Shown piece after piece: positions 36,579 through 49,420 of a stretch of DNA of 64,000 nucleotides. The notes beneath the pieces are model-generated. The model made no database searches. It was given only the letters and a program-made list of their open reading frames with translations, and had not been told where the DNA came from. The position numbers and the translations under genes were made by a program. How positions within the stretch are numbered: position 1 is the first letter of the stretch; each line of letters begins with the position of its first letter. The stretch is from Lepidodermella squamata. Taxonomy: Eukaryota > Animalia > Gastrotricha. The DNA is taken from assembly GCA_047495785.1 (NCBI GenBank), contig JBLDXI010000002.1, positions 2,108,001-2,172,000 on the forward strand, written 5' to 3'.

Positions 36579-36870
36579 TTAGTTCGGCACGTAGTTGTAG
36601 ACGAAGGCGGCTTTGGAGTACGGATTGAACGCGACCTGCGGCTGCAGAGAGGCGCTGAGTTCCTTCTTCTTTCGCTCGCTCTTCGCCTTGATGATGGCGT
36701 CGTGTTTGGCCTGTTCGCGTAGGAATTCGAGCGTGGCTTGCCGGCACGCCTTTGTGGAAGCGGACAGCCTGATCTTCGCTGGCAGCTGGTTCCACCACTG
36801 GATGGCCTTGGTTGGGAACGAGCGCTGGCCTGTGGCGAGCTTGGCGAGCAAGGCGTGACTGTGTCGCAAA
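36579..36870 (-). other. Open, GC-rich ORF segment resembling the C-terminal end of CR1/L2-type LINE ORF2
   Basis: GQRSFPTKAIQWWNQLPAKIR resembles the G-x-RSF...A-x-x-x-WN-x-LP-x-x-IR motif at the end of CR1/L2 RT proteins. No stops up to TAA at 36579. Confidence 0.45.
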
Positions 36871-37033
36871 GACTTTCTTTTTCGCCGGTAAATATTCATG
36901 AGATATGTGTAAAATATATTAAAATTGATAAAATATTTATTTCGCAAAAAAAGTTATCGACCTTGACATTTTTTATTTGGCGCGATATTCAAAAGCAATC
37001 ATCATCATTTCAGTAACGGATCGGTTTGGTGGG

Positions 37034-37170
37034 TAATGGTGACTGTATTGTGTGACATTTTTGTAAGACTTAGTATCATATCCTCTTAACTAACTCATGT
37101 ATTTTCAATAACGTTTAAGAAATATGTTAAAGTCTGGGGCTTTAATAATAAAACGCATTCATTCATTCAT
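37034..37170 (+). mobile_element. Short 5'-truncated retroelement insertion with (CATT)n tail
   Basis: 13-bp direct repeat TCGGTTTGGTGGG at 37021-37033 and 37171-37183 flanks an insert ending AATAAAACG(CATT)n. Confidence 0.75.
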
Positions 37171-37469
37171 TCGGTTTGGTGGGGTTTTTTCAAAGAGTCA
37201 TGCTCGCCTGGCTTATGCTGGTAGCAAGCGTTTAAAGCCTATTGGAGTGCGTTGAAGAGCCGATAATCATGAGTTATAGGCACGAATGTATCCGCAGAAG
37301 GCTCGGAAAAGCGTGGAAAGTTCGATCACTAATGTCAACTTATGTGAAACCTGCTGCAAAGACATCTTGCTTATTCTGTGGCTGTCAAAGAGTATCTTTG
37401 TGACACCTTTGTGATTACACAAAGAGAAATGTTGCTCTAGATTAAAGTCGTTTGTTTTTAGAATTTAAG

Positions 37470-40400
37470 ATGAGCTCCAAGATCCGTGTCGGAGTCCGTA
37501 TCAAGCCTGTAAGGTAAGTTAATTGTCCCCATTCTGCTTCGAACAATGCTGATTCCTCGTTCGCAATCTGCTTTATATTCTTAGCGCTTCGATTACGGTC
37601 CCTGTTTCGGTCTCTAAACAAACTCGATCGATAACTATTACAGACATCTCAACTGGTCGTTGTGTTTCCCAGTTTCCCTACGGTTAGTCTTAACAATCGA
37701 CACATTATCCATTCGAACATTTCGCTGTCTTTTAAGATCATGTATTCGGCCCATCCGATGATACAACTGCAGTTTACAGTGGTCTTGCCAAAGATATTGT
37801 AATAAATGCCGTTAAAGGCTTCAATGGTAGGCTACGAGCGCGAAAAGTTATCGAATCTTCACTATTAAAAACTAATTTTTCTTAGGAACGATTTTTGCTT
37901 ACGGCCAAACTTCTTCCGGGAAGACTCACACCATGATTGGCGACAACTCCAATCCTGGCATCGTCCGCCAGGCTCTCCTTGACATCTTTGACTCGATCGA
38001 AAAAGTTTGCGAAGAATTTTAGGTTACATTTTGACTGTATTTCCCAATCTTGATTTAGTCACCCGACCGAGTTTTCTTACTGCGGTTATCTATTCTCGAC
38101 ATCTACAACGAAGTTTTGACTGATTTGCTTGATCCAAACTCAGCCAAGCTCACCATACGAGAAAATTCCGTAAGTCTTGCCCGTTCATGTTAGGCGATTG
38201 GCTGAAAATTTTAATTCAGGACGGAACTATCTTTGTCGAAAACTTATCCGAAGAAATCTGCACGTGTCCGGAGGATATCTTGCGATATTTAAACGACGGT
38301 CTTGGTATGTAATTTCTATTTTATATCAGTCGAAATCATGGAAATATTTGGTTTTTAGCTCGGCGTCATGTTGGCGCTACAAATATGAACGAGTATTCCA
38401 GTCGTTCGCATACCATTTGCCGTCTTATCATTGAAAGCCGACCGAAGGAAGAAGAGGGTGTTGTCAATGTTTCTCAATTGGTGAGATAGATGATTCTGTT
38501 TGATTTTATTCTTGCAAGCAATTGTTTGATTCTATCTTAGAATTTTGTCGATTTGGCTGGTTCAGAGCGCGTTGCTCACACCGGAGCTTCTGGGGAGCGA
38601 TTGAAGGAGGGCCAGGCAATTAACAAAAGTCTTTTCTTGTTGACTCTAGTCATTTCAAAGCTCAGTGAAGGGAGGCAAGTTATTTCATTAGATTTGATTC
38701 ACAAGATTTCATGTTTGCGAATTTTAGTACCTTCGTAAATTTTCGCGATTCAAAGCTCACTCGCATTCTTCAAAATGCGCTTGGTGGGAATTCATTGACC
38801 GCAATTGTCTGCACCGTGACCCCTGCGATAAATTTCCTCGAGCAAACTCTGAGCACCCTGAAATTTGCAACAAGCGCTAGCAATATCAGCACCAAGCCAA
38901 CGTTGAACGAGAATGTGTCGAGCGAAGCTTTGATGAAACGCATGCAACAAGAAATTGCTGAACTGCGAGCCAAAATCAAACAATTTGAGTCGACTGATCA
39001 GGGTGAAATCGCGAAAAAAGAGCTCGCTGAGAAGGAACTGTTATTCCGCGACGCAATTTGTTTCTCAACTCGAGCCACGCTTTTGGAGAAACCTGCGAAG
39101 AATTTCCGCCGCCTCACCTGGGCACCGCGCGATCGATGCCACGCTTTGACCATTACAGATGACGAGGCTGGGCCGCCGCAGCGCGTTGGTCCTGGTTCAG
39201 CAGTCAAACGAGATCTTGAATCGATTCTGGGTCGTGGCGGCGATAACAATCAAGGAGACTTGTCTCGGGTTGAAAGCAGCTCAAACAAACGATGCCGCCG
39301 TCGTGAGGTGATTTTCCGTGTACCGGTCGAAAAACCTATCGAAGAGAAGGACGAGCCCGACGAGTTGAATTCATCGAAGAACAGCGACGAGGTTCAGGCA
39401 ATAACCGATTCGGCTAATCGAAACGGAGTGGCTACTGGCATATTGGTCGATATCACAGATCCGGTTTCATTCAGATCAGCTGCTACCTCTCCGATTTTCT
39501 TCCCCGAGGTCGCGGAGAAAGTTGACAAAGAAGTTCAAAACGACGTCACTGGTTTGTTGCTAACTTACTAATTTTCTCATTGTTAATATAATTTATTGAA
39601 AAACCAGAAAAAATTGACAAGGAAACCCAGAATGAGCAAACTGGTATGAAATCTAGATTGAGAACCCAATAATTCTTCAAAATTTTATATTTTTTTAGAA
39701 ACCGATGATTTGTTCACGATTGGGCGCGAGATTTTCTTGGAAAATTCTGTCGCGCATTTCGAAGCTCGCGAAGAAATCGTCAAGTTGGAGTGTGAAATTC
39801 GCCGCTTGTCTGATGAAAACTCCGAAATGCGTTCGAAAATCGGTCAAACCAGCGAACCAATGGCTGACGATCGCAATGACAGCTCGCAACTGGAATCGGA
39901 AATCCGGCGACTTTCAGAGGAAAACGCGTCGCTTCGACAGAAACTTGAAGCGAACCCCGAACCAATGGTTGTTTCGCAATCTGCGTCCTGTGACAAGTGC
40001 CGCAACTTGGAGGATGAATTCGCTAGTATCAATGCTCGCTACTCGTCGTTGAAAAATAAGTACGACCAAGTTGTAGCCGCTTTGGACGAAGAGCGGAATT
40101 CGAAAAGTGAATCCGGGATAGCTGCGTCGAAGGAAATGTTGGAGGCAGCTTCGAAGCGATCTGCCGAGCTGGAAGAGCAGCTCAAATCTCAAAATGGTCG
40201 ATTTCAAGAATTGGAGAGCCAGTTATCACTGAATTCGGCTATGACGTCAGATCTCGAGCTTCAAATTTCTGCCCTGCGGGAATCGCTTGAAGTTTCTGAG
40301 AAAGAAAAGTCGAGTCTTGCATCGAAAATCGAAGAATTTTCGCAAGAAATCGAAACGTGGAAGGGGTCTTTCGAGAAAATTGAAGCAGAGCTGGCCGAGT

Positions 40401-43400
40401 CCTCGCAGTCGAATGCTGAGATTAAACGCCAATGTGACGATTTGGTCGCCGAAAAGAATCGCTATTTCGAATCAGCCGAAAGCGAGAAGCGTGATTTTGG
40501 CGATAAACTAGGTGAATCTGAGCGACGTGAGGCCGAAAAATCTGCTGAAATCGAAGAATTGAAGGCGAAAATTGCGGCGATTGAGCAAACCGAAGCCGAG
40601 ACGAGGCTGAAATACGAAGACCTATTCAACGAAAAGAATCAGTTGCTTCAAACTCGAGACGCTATCGAGGGTGAAAAACGTGAATTAATGGCGAAAGTAA
40701 TTGAATTCGAACAGCGGGAGGTTGGTTCGAGCGAGAAATTTACCGAAATCGAGAACATTCTGTCGGAAAATAACGCCGAAAAATCGTCTCTTATCGCCGA
40801 AATCAATGATTTGAAATCTAAGATCGACCAAAGAGAGGCTGAGTTGAATGAAAAATTGAACGAATTGACCGATGAAAGAAATCTACTTCTCCAAAATCGA
40901 GATTCCATCGAAGCTGAGAAACAGGAGCTTAGCGCGAAAATTTCCGAATTCGAAAGGCGTGAATCCGAATTAGCACATCAATTGGCCGAAGTTCAAAGCA
41001 CCTTGACTGAAACTGCTGCTGAGAAATCTTCGATTTGCGAAAAGCTGGAGGAGGAAATCGCTAAGCTGCAATCAAATCTCGAAAACGCGTTAAATGAAAC
41101 GGCTAAAATTTCCGCTGAGAAAGTCGATCTCAACGACCAATTGGCCCAAGTTCACGAGGAACTCGTTTCAATGAAGGAATCTCGTCACACTCTCGAATTG
41201 CGGGTTAAAGAGTTGGAGGATTGCGAGGGCATTTTGAAGAGCCAAATCGCTGCTTTGGAGGGCGATGCCGATGAGAAGGTGACCAGTTTGGCACGCGAAA
41301 AAACCGAATTAGCCGAGGAAGTCGTCCGACTTCAAGCTTCGATAACCGAATCAAACCTGAACAACGAGGCTCTTTTAGAAAAATTACGTGAGGAAATCGA
41401 GAATCTAAAAACATCTGTCGCCAATTTGAAAATGGAGAAAGAAGAGACTGAGGCGAAGTTCCAGTTGAGTTCCGAGACTCATCAATCGATTTTGTCCGAG
41501 CTCGAGCTTAATTTGAAGGCAGTCGAGTCTGAGAAAACTGCTCTAATTTCTCGCCTGGACGAAGCTACCGCACAGATTTCAGCGATTGAGCAACAAAAAT
41601 CTGAGCTTTCAGCCAAAATTGAGGCCTTTGATCAAGAAAAACAATCGATTGAATCTCTGTTGGCAATTTCGAAGCAGCAAGTTGAGGCGTTGGAATCTGA
41701 GAGGAGTTCCATGCAAGATCGAATCAATGAGTTGCAGCAAATTGAATCCGCACTATTGTCCACGATTTCGTCCTCGAGTGACGAAAAAAGCGATGAAATC
41801 GTCAAACTCGAGCAGGCTCGAAGCGATTTGGCTAGCCAAGTTGAGACTATGAAAACATGTATGGCCGAGTTGGAGAGCCAAGTAGACAAACTCCAGCGAG
41901 AAAACGAAGGCCTTCATGTGAAATTAGCCGATTTGGAGGAGAAACAGCTTGTCATTGAGCATGAGAAGGGCTGCCTAAGGTCTTCCCTCGAAGTCGCGCA
42001 TTGCCAGGTAGCGTCAGTTCAGGCCGAGAAAGCTGAGATCGAAGCTAAATTGGCCACTCTGATCGAATCAGCCGCCTTAATCGAAAGTGAAAAAGTTGAC
42101 CTGGCTAGCAAAATTTCTGAATTCGAGTTGAAGGAAGCGAAACTTCTTGAGCAATTCAACACTGAGAAAGAGGCTCTTGTCGCTAAAATTGCCGAGCTGG
42201 AAGAGAAATCTGCGGTTGATACAACCCAACATGATCCAGCGCAAATTTCAGAATTAGAGGCTGAAGTTGCTCGCTTGAACAAAGAATCAGCTGAAAAAGC
42301 GGAAGAATTCGATCTCATTCGGCAGGAAATCGATGCGTTGTTCGAAGAGAATCGCGATTTGAAGGCGAAATGCAAGAAACTTGAGGAAGATCTCGCTGAA
42401 AAATCTGGGAAATTCAACGAAAAATGCGAGCAATTTTCAGTTCTCGAGTCCGATGCCGAGCTGCTTCGCCAACAAATTTCTGTCGCTGATCAAGAACGGA
42501 AAATCTATATGAAGGAGTTGGAAGATGCTGGGCAAGAAGCTGCGAGGACTAAAATTCAACTCGAGAAACTGCAGGCGTTCATTTCAACTCAGACGAATGA
42601 AGTCGCCTGCAATACATCGCTGGCTAGTACCGCGAACGAATCGCGCACTTTTGTCAACACCCCGACCTACGGCGTTTCTCCGCCGAGAAAGACGCGACTC
42701 TCAGCTGTAATGCCTCGATTCAATTCGGAACTGATGCATTCTGATAAGAGTGATAAAAGCGACCATCCGGGTTGTGGTGATAAAACTGGGCTGTCGATGG
42801 TCGAAGCCTCTCCAGCCTTCTCCTCCCCGTTTTCAGTATCGACTATTACCGTAAAGGAAACACCGGCTAAGGCTAATTTGGCGCCGGACTGCTGTGAATC
42901 GTTCGCTCAAACTGAGGATGAATCAGTCGCGGCGATTATCAAGCGAATTCAACTGACGTCAGATTTTAAAGAGCGGTTCATTCTTAAGGCGGACTACGAC
43001 GAGGCTGTTCAGTCGTACCACACCACTGTAACTCTGTGGGATAAAATGCGGGAAAAATTGACGAATGAGAACGCGAAACTTCGCGATCGGGCCGATCGTT
43101 TGAGCGAGGCGGTTGGGCGGATTGTCGAGGGCGGCCAGTTGTCGCCCCTACCCACCCCTACCAGCACCAGTGTGGTGGATAAAACGACGTTAACTGCAAC
43201 TGGCGGTGATGTGACGTTAAGTGTTTCGACGACGGATGATAATATCGATGCGCTGTTGGGTCGATTGAGGATTTTCATGAAGGAGAAGGAAGACGCGGCT
43301 AGAAATGGCGTGTCACGTGAGCGTGATACGTGGTCCGAACAGGCGAAAGAGTTCGAGGAGGAAATTTCTAAGCTAAACAAAATCATCGCGAACTCGGAAC

Positions 43401-46400
43401 GGACTATTTCGGCGAAAGAAGATGAACTGAAGCAGTTGGCTCAAAAATTGAAGTAAGCTTTCTAGCCACTAGCCATGTACAATTACAAGCCCATGTATGA
43501 TATTAAGGTAGCTTTCATTTCACTACGGTAAAGAAATTCAAAAGGAGGCTTAAAGCCCTTAATAGCGAGCTTTTTGCAAAGAGGGAGATTAATTCAGAAA
43601 CGGGGCCAAAGTTAAACATTCTGCAATTTCTTTAGTTTTAAGAAGAAAGGAAATAATTGGTCAATTGATTTGTCTATTCGATTTTTCTTTGATTTGATTT
43701 GAAAATAATTCAGGTGAGCTAACTTGTAACTGATCAGAGCCTGTGAAGCTTGAAAAATTGCACACATTTAGTATTTTGCAGTCTTATCAGTCTCGAAAAT
43801 TGAGACTTTTTATTCAGAACTTGCGTGCCTTGAAAATCCATCTTAATTCGGCGTTATCTGGGAATGAGTAAAACTGCAAGAAATTTGAGGCCTTAAGATT
43901 TGATTAGCATGGCTCAATTCGTGCCTTTAATTTGAAATTTAATTTAATTAGAAAGTGGGACAACATTTCAAATGTCCTCATTTTCTGAAAAAATGAAACA
44001 ACTAGGTCGCTAAAAATAATTGCTAAATTTTGACAAAAAATATTTTGTGATTTCCGAAAAATATATCAGGTGGTTTCGAAATTTCTAAGGTATTACGGGT
44101 TTCTTCAATTTCGACTCATTTCGAGGGATTATTTTACTCCTCAGGTCCTTCCCTAGCGATTAGGTTAGTAACGTATATTAAGGAGTCATATGAGCGATGG
44201 TAGAAAAGAAATTAAAGAATCGTAATTTTCTTGAATTTTTAATTTGACTTTGAATTTTAAGGTCGCTCGAATCCGATAGCGCGACGTCTCAGCAAGGATT
44301 AACCGAACTAAAAGCGACCCTGGCGGCGAAAACCGAGGCGTTACGCCAACGCGAGACGGAACTCGTCGACGTGAAACGATCGTTAGACGACCGCCAGACC
44401 GAAATCAAGCGCCTCCAGACCGAACTAGCCCTGACCACTGCGTCCCTCGTCGTCGCAGACCAGGGCCACAAGACGAGCGAGAAAGGCTTCGCCGTGTTAC
44501 AGGAGCAACTCAACATCGAAAAAACGAGCCGCGCCTCGGCCGAGTCGATTGTCAACGATTTGCAGGTGAAATTGAACCACGCTAGAGCTGAGGCTGATTC
44601 GTGGCGAGAACGCGCTTGCCTTCATGAGGATGAAGGTAACCGCTTGATTAATGAAGTGACCCGCCTTCAAGCGATGTTCGAAGCCGCGGAGGAACAAGCG
44701 CGGTCGATTTCGCAGGAGAGAAACGAAGCGCTATCGAAGTTGGAGTCGTTCGAAAGCGAACGTGCTCAGCTAAAACGAGAATTGACGACAACTCAGCAGG
44801 AATTGACAAAGCAGCAAATGCTGGTTGATTCGCTGACGAAATCAGTCGATGCGGGCCAGCAGAAGGTCGAGAAAGCTCGCACTCTGTTCAACACACTTCG
44901 CGACCAGATCAAGGAGTTGCAGACCCGAAATGATAAGTTGAAGGAGGAAAAGCGGACGGCTGTGCAATTTTTGACCGAAATGAAGGCCGATCGGGTTCAT
45001 CTTGAAAATTCTATCCGAGAATGGGCCGAAAAATGCGAGGTGATCGAGGTAGGTCGGCTTATTATTGCTTCGATTTTTCTTCGTTATTTCTTCGTATAAC
45101 TTTATTTTGAGGCATTGAAAGCTTAGAAATTGAAGGAATTAATTTGACATTTTTGAGAAATCCAATTTGAATTTGGGTCTTCCTTTTACCGGAACAAAAT
45201 TTACGGTGGGCGGAACCAAATTTTGGAATTTTTTAGTGGCCTGAAATCTCTTTTCGGATATTTCTTGCGGGTAAAGATTGACCACAATAATTCTACAAAA
45301 ATCACCGGTAAATTCAGCGTAGCATTCTCTATAAGACAGAGTGTTCAATTCAAAACTCATGCTTCGCCTCAAATTTGCAGAATTATTCAAAAATTAACTG
45401 CTGGCATATTTCGAATTTGGTTCCGCTAACGCAAATTAGGTTCCGCTAAAAGATATTCCGTTTGAATTTGATTCAATTTTCTTGAATTACTCAAAATTCC
45501 AAGACTTGGGCGAAAATTCCAGAACTATCATAGTAGGTATTCGAAAATTCCAAAAAATTTTTTCGATTTGCTCGGTAGCATTGTGGATGGAAGTTCATTT
45601 GAATTACGTCACCTAAAAATCATGATTTTCGCTGTTGTCCCGATTTATTTCCCAAATGAAAGAATAATATTAAGGCTGCTTTTTGTATTTCTTTGAAAAT
45701 TCATGAATAATTTTAGTCACATTTTCTTAAATCCCGTCATTTTATGAGCCTTTTCCCCGCTGCCCAATTATGTTTTCGAGATTTTCGTGATAAAATTTCA
45801 CTCTCAATCCTATCGGGCGAAATAAACAAAATATGGCCCTGAAATTCCAGCTTAATTTCGAACCAGAATTTAGCCGTATTTCTCTTCAATTTGAACCATC
45901 GCCAATATTTTTTATATTATTTTGAATCAACAAAAAATCACATTTGAATTCGATAATACTCCATCGATCAGTTCAAAACGAATTTTTCAATTTCTTAGAA
46001 TCGATGCAAGGTGCTGAAACAAGAGCGCGATGCGTCGGATCAAGCCATGCAAGACTCGCGAAAAGAGCTGCGAGTAGCCCGCGACGAGCTGCAAATGTTC
46101 CACCGCGACTTGACGCAGCGACTGCTCGACCTCGGCAAGGCGTGGCGATTGTGCCTCACCAACGCCGGCATGCCGGTGAGCGAGGCGACCGAGTCGGACC
46201 CGCATCACCTCATTAAGGAGGTGAAATGGACGAGCAAGCACTCGGTCGCCAAGATCGACCCTGTTCACGCGCTGCAGGGCCTTGGCGTGACCTGCGAGTG
46301 GCTGTACAACGAAGCTCATCAGCAAATCTCGGTGTTGGAAAGCACGCGGCGGCAGACACTGGCCCGAGAGCGCAGCGCGGCCGAACACGCGGAGAAACTT

Positions 46401-46649
46401 CAATGCGAGGCGTTCGAACTGCGAAAGGCCCTGTCTGGCTGCCGGTGCCGCTCGAACGAGCAGCATGCAGTTCTTTTGAAAACAAGCGCCGCCATTCTAA
46501 CCGCGTTGAATCGCCAACCGTTGCAAGTTGCCAACGAGCCGGCGTTGGTTGAAAACAAAGAAAACGCCGCGAAACACGTTCTGTCGCCGAAGGAGCTGCA
46601 GATGGCTGAGAATCACGAGGCGGTTGACATGGAGATCGAGTCGCCTTGA
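37470..46649 (+). CDS. CENPE: Kinesin-7 / CENP-E-like motor with long coiled coil (12 exons)
   Basis: Spliced motor domain: [76 protein letters not shown] matches the CENP-E RRVTW motif. Coiled-coil exons 39699-43452, 44262-45048 and 45999-46649. Confidence 0.88.
45190..45460. repeat. MITE-like remnant in a kinesin intron; related sequence at 62590-62636
   Basis: GCGGAACCAAATT motifs in inverted orientation at both ends. 45414-45460 reverse complement resembles 62590-62636. Confidence 0.4.
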
Positions 46650-48055
46650 TATGACTTTTGTTTTTTCTTTCATTTTACTTCTCATGATTTTGCATGCGCC
46701 GTAGTCCGGTTTTTTTTCTGACCAAACTGATACCTACTGCCATTTTTTTGCAATATTATAATAAAACATTTCAACTTTTACGAAGAGCCTATTGTTTCGG
46801 GTTTGCCCCGGTCTCACAGTATGTAATGATAATCAAAATAAGCAGTGATGGTCGATGTATCGGCAGAACCTGAGTGTCAAAAACTGATGGAGAAGAACTC
46901 TGGCTTGTATTCTGGCTGGTATACTCTCAGTATATAGTATATAGTGAGCATGATTCACTGGCGATAAGCGACACATAGCTCTGCAACTTGCAGCTTGCGG
47001 CTAGCATCGACTTTGGAGCTTCGCCAAATATGCCAGGTTCTATTAAGCTAATTTGATTTTGGCTTGTATATAAAGGGAGTGTTTGAGTTGCAGTTTACAA
47101 TCCTAATATTTTTCATCAATGTCGTCTCAATTATTATTATTATTATTCATGTTCATTTGGTATTATTCATGATCTATCATAATGATCATAATGATATCAT
47201 TTACTGTACTGCCAGGAAAACCATCACATTCTTTATTTGAATCCTCGGCCAACATTTACTTCAAGCCATTATTCATCCGAACCATCAAGCCCAAGTCGCT
47301 AAAATGGCAAACATTTCTCCACGATTCAACCTATTTTTGACGAACTAATTGGTCGTTGACTTCGTTATTAGGTGCCTCAAACGAGAGCTATTTCCAACCG
47401 GAATACTGAAATGGGCTTATTTGTGGTCTTAAATAGTGCCCAGCTGCTTATTTCGGGCATTCATTTTTCAACCAGCCTGTAACCCCTGACATATTTTTCG
47501 GGCATTTCCACGGTATGTTAACTCTTTCCCAATGAAGAATGGGTGTGAATTCGATAAACGCTATGGACAGATGAGGAGACAGATTACGCGGAAGAGCAGT
47601 CAAAGGTCTCGTTTCCGGTATTTGTGGCGCTGAATTTCCTCAAAATTGAGGCACATTTTCCAAGTAAGTCCGCTTTATTTCGACGAAAGTGCTGCCTGTC
47701 ATTCATATTTCTTCACACACAGCTATATTCATCTTTCATATTAAACATCTGTTACCAAGTAATACACCTTTTCAACATTATCAATTTGACTCAATAGCAC
47801 GTATATACTTTGGACGGAGACAGCCAGTTTATCAGCCTTCCAGATGATTCATCTTATATGTTGTAAGATGAATCATCATGAGTACGCGCTTTTATTGATT
47901 ACATGCAAAGAGCCAGTCAAATGAAAACGGCATTTAAGGACTTGTGCGTTTTTATCGCGCGCGCAGAGCTGAAAATATTTTGAATGATTCATACGCACGC
48001 ACACTCATTTTTCGCCCGCCTATTTCCCCGCAATTATGAGGGGCATTTCATTAGA

Positions 48056-49420
48056 TTATCTTTCTGTTGTCGTTAAATTCAATGAATAGGAAGGCGTTGA
48101 CGTGTTAGGTGGGCCTTGTCCGCGATATTTCGGCGATGACGTGGAATTTGATGTTTCATTGCCAGCATTACTGTAAATCACGTTCAAAGCCTGACTCAGC
48201 CTTGAAATCGCGCCTTGTTTTCTCGGTGAAAGTGTGGGGTTGACGTAGTTACTTTCACCGGGCCGGCAGTCAGGTTCGTATAGCCGCTGATGGGAGTAGG
48301 CAATGTCGCAAAACCGATGAACTTGACTTGAAACGTTGAAAAACAAATTGACAGTAAAATATCGCAATGGCGCATCGCCCCAACGTCGCTCGTAGATTTT
48401 AAACGAATTCGCAACTTTTTCGTCGAAAATTCGCACTCCAGGGTGATTGCGAAAAGTTGGCACATGAACGATCTCGAAATTGTTGTAGTAAAGCGGTAAC
48501 TTTTCAGCTTTCGAATAGTCGCCGATTTGTGACTCCAGAACTAAATTTCCGTGTTCATCCATGAATTTTCGAATAAATGGCCACATTCCATCCGTATAGT
48601 CGGGTGATTCGAAATCCGTGACTCGATAACCGTATATAAAACTGCCGTTTTTCATCAGTTCAAACACGTCGTAGTCTATCGGCTGTTCAATGTACGAATC
48701 GTGATCCATCCGCCATAAATAATCGACGTCGCTCAATTCTTCGAGTTGAAATATTCTTCGAAACCAAAAATCGATCATATTGTGGTAGCCTGGAAAAGCA
48801 TGAGGCCAAATCGGGGTGAAATTCAATTTTTCCGGACGTCCATGGGCGGGGAAAAATCCGGGTGGATAATCGATCTTCAGTTGAACAAATTGTATCAAAT
48901 CCAAGTAATTTTGCGGTAAAACGGCGCTGGTTTTCAAGCGTTTACGCAATTTCTTCGCCACTTTCTCATCCTCGTAGAAGCAGATAATTTCATAGCGATG
49001 ATGCTTGTTGAAAAAATTGTATAGGTTAAGAAGGGATTTTAAAAAGTTATTCAAGCTATATTGGTAGTCGTGTACCAAATAAACGATAACACTGCGCCGA
49101 TTTTGCTCCGATTTTAGCGTTGTAGCCGCTTCGCGCGAATTCGGTTCCTTAATTTCCGAAGACATTTCATGGTAATTATCCGAATTTTGGAAACTCGAAG
49201 GTGCAGTTGCTGGATGATCAGCTACGTTTTCGAAAGACATTTTCCCGAATTTCTTTTTGGCAATAGAAGTTCGCATATCATGCTCAGAATTTAGCGCCAA
49301 AAATTGCAGAAAAATTATGATGAGAAAGCATAAAATTAACGCGAGAATTGCAAAATAAACACAGTTAGACTCCGAACGGAACGAAATTAATCGTCTGAAT
49401 GCAAGCAAAATGCGCGCCAT
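48056..49420 (-). CDS. Glycosyltransferase family 15 (KRE2/MNT1-like alpha-1,2-mannosyltransferase), type II membrane protein, intronless
   Basis: N-terminal TM anchor and stem. Motifs FFNKHHRY, GYHNMIDFW, DYLWRMDHD, DYDVFELMK...YGY, YNNFEI, RWGDAP. Likely ATG 49420 follows a tttttcag acceptor. Confidence 0.88.
   Translation of the reverse strand: MARILLAFRRLISFRSESNCVYFAILALILCFLIIIFLQFLALNSEHDMRTSIAKKKFGKMSFENVADHPATAPSSFQNSDNYHEMSSEIKEPNSREAATTLKSEQNRRSVIVYLVHDYQYSLNNFLKSLLNLYNFFNKHHRYEIICFYEDEKVAKKLRKRLKTSAVLPQNYLDLIQFVQLKIDYPPGFFPAHGRPEKLNFTPIWPHAFPGYHNMIDFWFRRIFQLEELSDVDYLWRMDHDSYIEQPIDYDVFELMKNGSFIYGYRVTDFESPDYTDGMWPFIRKFMDEHGNLVLESQIGDYSKAEKLPLYYNNFEIVHVPTFRNHPGVRIFDEKVANSFKIYERRWGDAPLRYFTVNLFFNVSSQVHRFCDIAYSHQRLYEPDCRPGESNYVNPTLSPRKQGAISRLSQALNVIYSNAGNETSNSTSSPKYRGQGPPNTSTPSYSLNLTTTER

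Noticed and set aside
39780-43386. Antisense ORFs over the kinesin coiled coil
   Set aside because: Shadow ORFs produced by the codon bias of the E/K/L-rich sense frame.
47040-47070. IKLI-DFGL kinase-like fragment
   Set aside because: Requires a frameshift and no other kinase motifs are nearby; likely chance.
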